Below are positions 17,083 through 23,763 of a stretch of 23,763 nucleotides of DNA, piece by piece. The notes below the pieces were generated by a model that was given only the letters and a program-made list of their open reading frames with translations, was not told the DNA's origin and searched no databases. The first letter of the stretch is position 1. Each line of letters begins with the position of its first letter. The position numbers were made by a program, and so were the translations under genes. Source of the stretch: Verrucomicrobiota bacterium (GTDB lineage Bacteria > Verrucomicrobiota > Verrucomicrobiia > Limisphaerales > CANJSG01); NCBI GenBank assembly GCA_038209745.1, contig JBBQXJ010000075.1:1-23763 (forward strand), in the 5' to 3' direction.

Positions 17083-17739
17083 TCACCGTGGAGGGCGCAA
17101 AGTTTCGGTTGGAGAATGGCCGGAGGGTCGCGCCGCCTCACCGCTCCATTTGCCACTGAGAAGGTAGGGCTTCAACCGCGCCTTCAGGGTTTCCCGGGCT
17201 CGATGGATCAGGGACTTCGTGGCGGAGAGGGAGCAGCCGACGACTTCCGCGATCTCCTCGTAGGAAAGTTCCTCCTCCCGACAAAGCAGCAGGGCCGTCC
17301 GCTGGGCCTCCGGTAGGGCCTGGATGGCTTCGTCCACTTTGGAGAAAAGTTCGTCGCGAACCGCCGAATCGCCCGCCTGCGGAGCCGAACGGTCCCGCAG
17401 ATCGATCTCGCGGTGTTCCCCTCCGCCGACCGAAGGCTCATCGAGCGAATCGGCCGGATGCCGGATGCGGCGACGGATTTCGTTCAGGCAAAGATTGCGG
17501 GCGATGGTGAAGAGCCAAGTGGAGAACTTGGCGGTGGCGCGGTAGCGCTCGGCGGACTTGTAGACCTGGATGAAGACGTTCTGGGCCACATCCTCGGCTT
17601 CGCCCGCATCGCGCAAGGTGCGTGCGACGAGGTTGATGACGGGCTGCTTGTATTTCTCGACCAGCGCCTCGAAGGCAGCCGTATCCCCCCGCTTTACGCG
17701 GAGCATCAGCTGCGAATCTGGATCGGGTTCTACCGGCAT
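17083..17739 (-). CDS. ECF-type RNA polymerase sigma-70 factor
   Basis: GD..AFE.LV..Y, AED.AQ.VF, FSTWLFTIARNLCLN (region 2); LPE.QR..LLL....LSYEEIA....S..KSLIHRAR (region 4). Confidence 0.95.
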   Translation of the reverse strand: MPVEPDPDSQLMLRVKRGDTAAFEALVEKYKQPVINLVARTLRDAGEAEDVAQNVFIQVYKSAERYRATAKFSTWLFTIARNLCLNEIRRRIRHPADSLDEPSVGGGEHREIDLRDRSAPQAGDSAVRDELFSKVDEAIQALPEAQRTALLLCREEELSYEEIAEVVGCSLSATKSLIHRARETLKARLKPYLLSGKWSGEAARPSGHSPTETLRPPR

Positions 17740-17752
17740 GCCTTGGGCACCG

Positions 17753-17782
17753 TAGACGACACCGTCGGCGCAGGAAAGTTGC
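17753..17782 (-). promoter_or_regulatory. Candidate autoregulatory ECF promoter
   Basis: GCAACTTT...GTCGTCTA (GCAAC-N17-GTC), ending 13 bp before the sigma ATG; fits the generic AAC / CGTC ECF pattern. Confidence 0.4.
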
Positions 17783-17803
17783 GGGAGAAAACGGACCGTA
17801 GAA

Positions 17804-17989
17804 TCAGTCCTTCATTTCGAAGGGAGCATAGCACCGGGCGACGTCCCGTTGAGCACGATCAATTCCGAACAAAGCCGGCGAGTCTTTGAGAAACAGAGCG
17901 GACTCCTCCGGATCCAAGGGCCGACGGAGCGGCAGCGGACGGTCGGAAACGGGCAACTCCAAGTCCAGATCAGGTTCGATGCGGCTCAT
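17804..17989 (-). CDS. Small hypothetical protein (61 aa), probable partner of the upstream nucleotidyltransferase-like gene
   Basis: MSRIEPDLDLELPV...RCYAPFEMKD; overlaps the upstream frame by 20 nt, in a TA-like arrangement. Confidence 0.5.
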   Translation of the reverse strand: MSRIEPDLDLELPVSDRPLPLRRPLDPEESALFLKDSPALFGIDRAQRDVARCYAPFEMKD

Positions 17990-18117
17990 TGCGGATGTGG
18001 GTTTGGAGGCGTTCATCGATCTCGTCGCGGCCAAGTCGGTCGCATATTTCCCGCATTTTGACCAGCCGGTCTTCCATCGCTAGCTGCTCGCTCAACCGCA
18101 GGATGTCGATTCGATCA
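17970..18117 (-). pseudogene. Putative C-terminal fragment of a nucleotidyltransferase-like gene
   Basis: DRIDILRLSEQLAMEDRLVKMREICDRLGRDEIDERL resembles the (K)DxxDxxxL C-terminal helices. The fragment starts exactly at the attC-like GTT. Confidence 0.4.
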
Positions 18118-18238
18118 AACGATAGGGAGGGAAGCGGCCGGCGCTGCGGACGGTAGATCACTCAAGACCCTTCCGAATTCCGGCCAAATATTGAACGGAG
18201 AAGCATGGCGCAAGTTCGCCTCCGCCGATTTGTTAGCG
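18114..18238 (-). other. Degenerate integron attC-like recombination site (125 bp)
   Basis: Minus strand: CGCTAAC-AAATC-GGCGGAGGCG ... CGCTTCCCTCC-CTATC-GTTTGAT. The upstream ORF's TAA lies within the inverse core (GCTAAC). Confidence 0.55.
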
Positions 18239-18454
18239 TCGAGGTGCCTCAGAAGCAGCCTGTAGCCACAAGGGGAGTAGAAAAGCCAACACCCCCGAAG
18301 GGAATGACACCAAGGCACAAGCCCAAGTCGCCAGCCCAGTGAACATGTTCAGAAAACCAAAACAGAGTCCGGAGAAAAGCAAACTACGACCAGCGAACAT
18401 CGCCAAGAAAACTGGATCCGCCCACAAGGCTTTGCCCCGGTCGTTTGATTTCAT
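18233..18454 (-). CDS. Small hydrophobic cassette-like ORF, 73 aa
   Basis: Visibly lower GC than its flanks; about 2 TM segments; stop codon inside the attC-like inverse core. Confidence 0.5.
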   Translation of the reverse strand: MKSNDRGKALWADPVFLAMFAGRSLLFSGLCFGFLNMFTGLATWACALVSFPSGVLAFLLPLWLQAASEAPRR

Positions 18455-18509
18455 ATGAACGCCCTCAGTCGCCGCTCAATGCCGCGTTCTTCAAACGCAT
18501 GGGACTTCA

Positions 18510-18587
18510 GGGAGATCCCATGCCTCCGATCACCACCCAGCGCATTCCAGCCTTGGTCGCTTCAACGAGATGGGGGCACCGCTGCAT
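18510..18587 (-). pseudogene. Putative N-terminal fragment of the nucleotidyltransferase-like gene
   Basis: MQRCPHLVEATKAGMRWVVIGGMGSP* shows the hhhIGG glycine motif of minimal/AbiEii-like nucleotidyltransferases. It starts just after the trpG stop. Confidence 0.4.
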
Positions 18588-18593
18588 TCGCTC

Positions 18594-19163
18594 TCACCCC
18601 AGCTTCAAGAAGTTCTTCAGGATCGTCCGCCCGTTCTCGGTCAGAATGCTCTCGGGATGGAACTGCACGCCCCAGATGGGAAGGGTCTTGTGCTTCAATC
18701 CCATGATCTCGCCCTCCTCGGTCCACGCGGTCACTTCCAACTCCGGCGGCATCGTGTCCCGCTTGGCCACGAGTGAATGATAGCGCGTCGCGTTGAAGGG
18801 ATTCGGCATCCCTTCGAAGAGGTCCTTGCCGTCGTGGTGAATGGGCGAGGTCTTGCCGTGCATCATCCGGTCGTTGACCACGACGCTCGCGCCAAAGGTG
18901 TGGGCGATGCACTGGTGGCCGAGGCAGACTCCCAGGATCGGGATCCGACGCTCGGCGAAGGCGCGGATGAGATCGTTCGAAAGACCCGCTTCTTTCGGAG
19001 AACAAGGACCGGGAGAAATCAGCACCCGCTCGGGTTTCAACGCGAGGGCGGCTTCGACGGTGATCTGGTCGTTGCGATGGACCTCCATCTTCACGTCCAT
19101 CTCGCCAAGATACTGGACGAGGTTGTAGGTGAAGGAATCGTAGTTGTCGATGACCAGCAACAT
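18594..19163 (-). CDS. trpG: Anthranilate/aminodeoxychorismate synthase component II (glutamine amidotransferase)
   Basis: [45 protein letters not shown]. trpG and pabA cannot be distinguished from sequence. Confidence 0.95.
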   Translation of the reverse strand: MLLVIDNYDSFTYNLVQYLGEMDVKMEVHRNDQITVEAALALKPERVLISPGPCSPKEAGLSNDLIRAFAERRIPILGVCLGHQCIAHTFGASVVVNDRMMHGKTSPIHHDGKDLFEGMPNPFNATRYHSLVAKRDTMPPELEVTAWTEEGEIMGLKHKTLPIWGVQFHPESILTENGRTILKNFLKLG

Positions 19164-19350
19164 GGACGAAAGCGTGCGTGGCGCCGGGATTGAAGTCAAC
19201 GGACGGGCGGCTGTTCCCGCTCACTCGGGCGCGGACATCACTTCCACGCGTTTCGCCGCCTCTCCGGAGACCAGCGGCCTTCGTCCATTTCGACTCGTCA
19301 TGCACCGGCCACCGGAGCAACTCAACGTCGCGTTCGAAGGATTGCCCGCC

Positions 19351-19863
19351 TCACTTCTTCGCCTCGAACTTCATCGCCACTCCGTTCATGCAGTAGCGCA
19401 GTCCGGTCGGAGCCGGACCGTCGTCGAAGACGTGCCCGAGATGTCCGCCGCAGCGGGGACAGAGCACTTCGGTGCGCGTGCTGAAGAGCGACTTGTCTTC
19501 CTTGGTCCGCACGCTGTCGGGCGTCAACGGCTGGAAAAAGCTCGGCCAACCCGTGCCGGACTCAAACTTCGCCTCGGATCCGAACAGTTTCAGGCCGCAG
19601 CCCGCGCAGACGAAGGTTCCCGCTTCCTTGATCTTCAGCAGGTCGCTGGTGAAAGGGCGTTCGGTGCCTTCTTTTCGAAGCACGTTGAACTGCGCGGCGG
19701 TTAGGCGCTGCTTCCATTCGGTTTCGGAGAGAACGACGGTGTTGGATTGTGTCATGTCGATGGTGGAGACGCCGGGAGGTTGAGGATCCGTGGTAGGCCG
19801 CGAACAGCCGGAAGACAGAACGGTCAACAGCACCGCAGCGAGATGGAGGGTGAATAGTTTCAT
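19351..19863 (-). CDS. msrB: Peptide methionine-(R)-sulfoxide reductase with lipoprotein signal peptide
   Basis: GTERPF, CAGC and CPRC zinc ligands, KFESGTGWPSF, HLGHVFDDGP, RYCMN; N-terminal LSSGC lipobox. Confidence 0.95.
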   Translation of the reverse strand: MKLFTLHLAAVLLTVLSSGCSRPTTDPQPPGVSTIDMTQSNTVVLSETEWKQRLTAAQFNVLRKEGTERPFTSDLLKIKEAGTFVCAGCGLKLFGSEAKFESGTGWPSFFQPLTPDSVRTKEDKSLFSTRTEVLCPRCGGHLGHVFDDGPAPTGLRYCMNGVAMKFEAKK

Positions 19864-20027
19864 GGTTTTGGCGGAAGCAGAGCGCAGGGCCCACGGACTG
19901 ATACCCGGCTTCCGGATGAACCGTTGAAATCAAGCAGCGACTCCACCGAAGTAAAGCCGCCGTGTCGGATCGAATTCTACCAGCCCAAGGTCGACCCGGG
20001 CATCAAACCGGGAAAGTTTGCGGTCGG

Positions 20028-21296
20028 CTATCTCTGCAGCGCTCGCAGGGATTGTTCGACCTTCGCGATGTCCTTGAGCGCGCTCGCCGGAATGGGATGG
20101 GCCTCGTCGAAGACATGGAGCGCATCGGCCTTCTCGATGGTCACGGGCGATTCGTCGATCTCCCCGGCGGCGTTCAAGGCGGGCTTCAGATTCAAACCGA
20201 AACGTTCCGCCACGAAGCGGTAGAGCGCGGCGCGTTTCGACGGGCCATAGTCGTGGCCTTCATCGGCCAGGTGGACGTTTTCGACACGACCGCGCGCACC
20301 GTAGTAGCCGTAGATGTGCTGGAGAAACGGGAACTCCGTCTTCGGCACGTGCTGCGTCCAGTCCTGGCCGTCGGACACGACCAGCAACGAACGCGGCGCG
20401 GCCAACGCGGCGATCATGGCGTTGTTCACGAAGTGATCCTCGCTGCGGTGGATCGGTTGACCGCTTTCACACGGGCAACCCCCGAAGAAGTAGCTGGAGA
20501 CCATCACCACGGGCGCGCTCAACGCGATGCGCGGATCCAACGCGGTGAGGAGAAACGACTGGGTGCCACCGCCCGACTCGCCGCTGACCGCGATCCGCTT
20601 CGGATCCACCCCGTCGACCGACAGCAGATAATCGACGGCCCTCCTCGAGTTCCAGATCTGGAGCGTCTGCGTGAACGGCGCCCGATGCGCGTCCTGCCCG
20701 ACCTGGGGGATCGAATCTCCATAGCCCACCATGTCGATCGACAGGACGACCGCGCCCATCCGCGCCAGCGTCGCGCAACGGGCCTGCATGCCCGGCAGGA
20801 AGCGGCCTTGGTTTGCATAGTCTTCCGGCGCCTTGATCGGGCCGCCGCTGTGTCCGTGGGTCGAGAGAATCGCGGGACAGGGCAAGGTGGCGTGCAGCGG
20901 GCGGAAAAGATTCCCGGTGACGAAGTAGCCGGGCACCGACTCGAACGCGACGTTCTCCACGGTGTAGCCATTGTAGGTCCGCTTCGAATGGACGACTGGA
21001 TTCAGCGCCGTCCGCCGAGGCCAAGGCTCCAGCGTGGCCCGCTGTTGAATCCGCTTCCGCACATGCGTGGCATAGGCGTCCCAAGACGCCCCATCCGGAA
21101 AGCGCGCCAGCGCCGCGTCCAACACCGCCCGACCCTGCTCGGGCGTGAGGAAGGCACCGGGACACAGCGCGGGATTGTTCGTCGGCCCGTCGGGCAATCC
21201 GTCCGGCACCCAGGCGACCGATCCAGCGGCGAAGGTTCCTTGGGCGGCGGCAAGACCGGCCAACAGGGCGAGACGGGCAGCGAGCGATGGTTTCAT
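20028..21296 (-). CDS. Secreted alpha/beta hydrolase (acetyl xylan esterase-like)
   Basis: Signal peptide; YTVENVAFES.PG..VTGNLFRP; nucleophile elbow GESGGG; GGCPCES; EGHDYG. Confidence 0.85.
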   Translation of the reverse strand: MKPSLAARLALLAGLAAAQGTFAAGSVAWVPDGLPDGPTNNPALCPGAFLTPEQGRAVLDAALARFPDGASWDAYATHVRKRIQQRATLEPWPRRTALNPVVHSKRTYNGYTVENVAFESVPGYFVTGNLFRPLHATLPCPAILSTHGHSGGPIKAPEDYANQGRFLPGMQARCATLARMGAVVLSIDMVGYGDSIPQVGQDAHRAPFTQTLQIWNSRRAVDYLLSVDGVDPKRIAVSGESGGGTQSFLLTALDPRIALSAPVVMVSSYFFGGCPCESGQPIHRSEDHFVNNAMIAALAAPRSLLVVSDGQDWTQHVPKTEFPFLQHIYGYYGARGRVENVHLADEGHDYGPSKRAALYRFVAERFGLNLKPALNAAGEIDESPVTIEKADALHVFDEAHPIPASALKDIAKVEQSLRALQR

Positions 21297-21408
21297 GGCG
21301 CAGAGTTCGGGGGATGTGTTCCGAGCAGTAGCACCTCGTGGCGGCCGTTGGAAGCCCGACCATGATCCCCCTTTCCTCCCATCGTTTCCCGCGTAAGCTC
21401 CGCGTCCC

Positions 21409-22908
21409 ATGCGACGCATCGACGAGCTGACGTTCGACAATTCCTACGCCCGGTTGCCGGAAGGCTTCTTCCAGCGCGTGGCGCCCACGCCGTTCGAGAA
21501 CGCGTGGCTCGTCCACCTGAACCCCGCCGCCGCCAATCTCATCGGGCTGGATCCGCGCGAGGCGGAGCGGGCGGACTTCGCCGACTTCATCACCGGCCGG
21601 AAGACGATCCCCGGCAGCGATCCCATCGCCATGCTCTACGCCGGGCATCAGTTCAGCCACTACGTGCCGCAGCTCGGCGACGGGCGGGCCATCCTGCTGG
21701 GCGAAGTGACGTCTTCGGTGAAGGGCCTCTACAACGGCCATCTCCAGCTCTCGACCGACAAGTGGGATCTCCAGGTGAAGGGCGCGGGCAAGACCGCCTT
21801 CTCCCGTTTCGGCGACGGCCGGGCGGTGCTGCGGTCCTCCATTCGCGAATACCTTGGTAGCGAAGCCATGCACGGACTGGGCATTCCCACGACGCGCGCG
21901 CTCTGCCTCATCGGCAGCGACGAACCGGTCTTCCGCGAAGCCCCCGAGCCGGGCGCGATGCTCGTGCGGATGGCGCCGAGCCACGTGCGCTTCGGCAGCT
22001 TCGAGGTCTTCTACTACCGCGAGCAGACGGAGAATCTCCGCACCTTGGCCGACTACGTCATCGGGCAGTTCTATCCGCAGTTCGCCGGGGTCGCGCCGCA
22101 GGAAAAGTATTACCGCTGGTTCAAGGAAGTGATCCGTCGCACCGGCCAGCTCATGGCGGAATGGCAGGCGGTCGGATTCTGCCACGGCGTGATGAACACG
22201 GACAACTTCTCCATCCTCGGCCTGACCATGGACTACGGCCCGTATGGTTTCATGGACGACTTCGATCCGGGCCACATCTGCAACCACACGGACCAGACCG
22301 GGCTCTACGCCTTCCAGAACCAGCCGGGCGTCGGCTTCTTCAACCTGCAATGCCTCGCCCAGGCGCTCTCGCCGCTGATGACGATGGACCAGGTGAACAC
22401 CGCCCTCGGCGACTACGAGCCGGCGTTGGCCACGCATTTCCTCGATCTGATGGGCGCGAAGCACGGCTTCAAGCACCAGCAGGCGATGGACGAGGAGATC
22501 TTCCGCAAGACGTTCGAGCTGCTGAAAGGCACGGACTTCACCCGCTTCTTCCGCGCGCTGGATTCCTTCTCCACCGCCGACGGGGCGGACAACTCGGCCT
22601 TGGGCGATCTCGTGGTTGATCGGCCGGCATGGGCCGCGTGGGCGCCGCGCTACCGGGCGCGATTGCGGGCGGAGTCGAGCGACGACGCCGAACGCAAGGA
22701 CCGCATGGACCGGATCAACCCTAAGTTCATCCTGAGGAACTACCTCGCCCAACAAGCCATCGACGCCGCGCACCAGCGCGATTACTCCGAGATCGATTCG
22801 CTGCTGAAGGTCCTGCGCAATCCCTTCGCCGAACATCCCGAGTTCGAGCGCTACGCCGCCCCGCCGCCGGACTGGGGACGGAAGCTGGAAGTGAGCTGCT
22901 CGTCGTAG
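21409..22908 (+). CDS. selO: Protein adenylyltransferase SelO (YdiU family)
   Basis: YAGHQF, QLGDGR, KGAG.T.FSR.GDGRAVLRSSIRE, HGVMNTDN, DYGPYGF, NPKFILRNY, C-terminal SCSS. Confidence 0.96.
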   Translation: MRRIDELTFDNSYARLPEGFFQRVAPTPFENAWLVHLNPAAANLIGLDPREAERADFADFITGRKTIPGSDPIAMLYAGHQFSHYVPQLGDGRAILLGEVTSSVKGLYNGHLQLSTDKWDLQVKGAGKTAFSRFGDGRAVLRSSIREYLGSEAMHGLGIPTTRALCLIGSDEPVFREAPEPGAMLVRMAPSHVRFGSFEVFYYREQTENLRTLADYVIGQFYPQFAGVAPQEKYYRWFKEVIRRTGQLMAEWQAVGFCHGVMNTDNFSILGLTMDYGPYGFMDDFDPGHICNHTDQTGLYAFQNQPGVGFFNLQCLAQALSPLMTMDQVNTALGDYEPALATHFLDLMGAKHGFKHQQAMDEEIFRKTFELLKGTDFTRFFRALDSFSTADGADNSALGDLVVDRPAWAAWAPRYRARLRAESSDDAERKDRMDRINPKFILRNYLAQQAIDAAHQRDYSEIDSLLKVLRNPFAEHPEFERYAAPPPDWGRKLEVSCSS

Positions 22909-23010
22909 AGGGTTCAGGTAGGGACGTTTCGCCGAGCCTTCACCATCTACCACCGCAGGCGGTGCGAGGGTCGCAAGGATCTCAAGCCAGCAGACTCGTG
23001 GTCGAGACGC

Positions 23011-23437
23011 TCACTGCGTTCGTCTCGCTTCGAGCAGCCGGTCCATGAACGCCGAGACTTCGCCGTTCAATTTCTCCAAGACTTCAGTCGGAACGCCGAT
23101 TCCAGCGTCGAGATCCCGTCCACCATGAAATGCATGCCATGCGGAGATGCCGTCCCTCCGGTTGACCCCTTGGACGTGGCGACCAAACCCGTCGAGCATC
23201 GTGTTCCACAGCGGTGTGCTGGTTTGGATGAGCAGGCTTTCGCACAGGCCAATCCAGGTCTCCTCGACCACCAAGAATCGACAGGTGAAATCCGTCACCT
23301 CGAGCACTGCGGTGTGTCCGATTGACTTTGCGTGCTCTCTCAGCCGGATCCGTAACTTTTTGGAAGCTTCGCTCGCCTGCGGGCTGACTCCTTTTCTCGA
23401 TCCTTCAGGAACCGCTTTTCCGACGTAGATCGGAACA
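23011..23437 (-). pseudogene. Eco29kI/Cfr42I-family GIY-YIG restriction endonuclease, 5' part cut off by an IS
   Basis: PIYVGKAVP.G.RKG, RLREHAKSI, DF.CRFLVV, ESLLI...PLWN..LDGFG.H..G..R, S.W...H.GR. The first (GIY-equivalent) motif is missing. Confidence 0.8.
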
Positions 23438-23438
23438 G

Positions 23439-23763
23439 GGGTGTGATTAGAAGTGGCGGTCAAGCCGGCGGTGAAAGTGGATATTTTGGAACTGTACAAA
23501 GGGTTTTTGGGTATAGTGGAGGTGTTCATGAAGGATGGACCGTCGGTGGAATGGTCCGGGACGCGGCGGAGCCTCGAGGTCCGTCTGGCCCAGCGGCCGG
23601 AGTTGCGCGCGCGTCTGGACCGGATCCTGGACATGCTGGACCACTCCGTGGCCGACGGCTGCGACGCGCACGCGGCCGAGGAGCGGGTCATCGGACAACA
23701 GCGCCAGCTCGGGCAGGAAGTCCTCGGGCAGTGGGCGCAGGAGGCCAACGCGCAGGCGCAGGC
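23439..23763 (+). mobile_element. Left end of an ISKra4-like insertion sequence (runs off the window)
   Basis: Candidate end GGGTGTGATTAGAAG lies at the point where endonuclease similarity stops. It is followed by GGAGGT-N4-ATG and a transposase-like ORF. Confidence 0.6.
23528..23763 (+). CDS. N-terminus of an ISKra4/UPF0236-like transposase (3'-partial; not in the ORF track)
   Basis: MKDGPSVEWSGTRRSLEVRLAQRPELRARLDRILDMLDHSVADGCDAHAAEERVIGQQRQLGQEVLGQWAQEANAQAQ..; the AEERV....R.LG.E.L..WA pattern is as I recall for this family. Confidence 0.6.
   Translation, partial: MKDGPSVEWSGTRRSLEVRLAQRPELRARLDRILDMLDHSVADGCDAHAAEERVIGQQRQLGQEVLGQWAQEANAQAQ

Noticed and set aside
22890..22908. Selenocysteine in SelO (or in MsrB)
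   Set aside because: SelO ends VSCSS-TAG and MsrB has RYCMN; there is no in-frame TGA.
22918..22945. GTAG-type REP after selO (GTAGGGACGTTTCGCCGAGCCTTC)
   Set aside because: The hairpin is too degenerate and there is no second copy in the window to support it.

Overview
GC-rich bacterial DNA. The gene content (DUF2341/DUF6288-type secreted proteins, a DUF3106 ECF operon, an Ig-repeat remnant) suggests a PVC-group organism, probably Verrucomicrobiota; this is inference. The housekeeping backbone comprises tig, a YihY-family gene, ald, an ECF sigma/anti-sigma/DUF3106 operon, trpG/pabA, a lipoprotein msrB, an alpha/beta hydrolase and selO. Small mobile or decayed pieces are scattered through it. 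(i) An end-less IS3 fragment joins a truncated DUF6288-like gene to the 3' part of rtcB. (ii) An SPFH-HTH / Zn-ribbon gene pair is split by a ~555-bp RelE toxin-antitoxin islet flanked by two synonymously recoded copies of the SPFH gene's last 18 codons. (iii) A lone integron-like cassette (ORF + attC-like site) sits inside a broken nucleotidyltransferase gene. (iv) An ISKra4-like element truncates an Eco29kI-family endonuclease at the right edge. (v) There are several REP/MITE-like palindromes. No rRNA, tRNA or CRISPR array was seen. All family calls come from motif recognition by eye, not from database searches.
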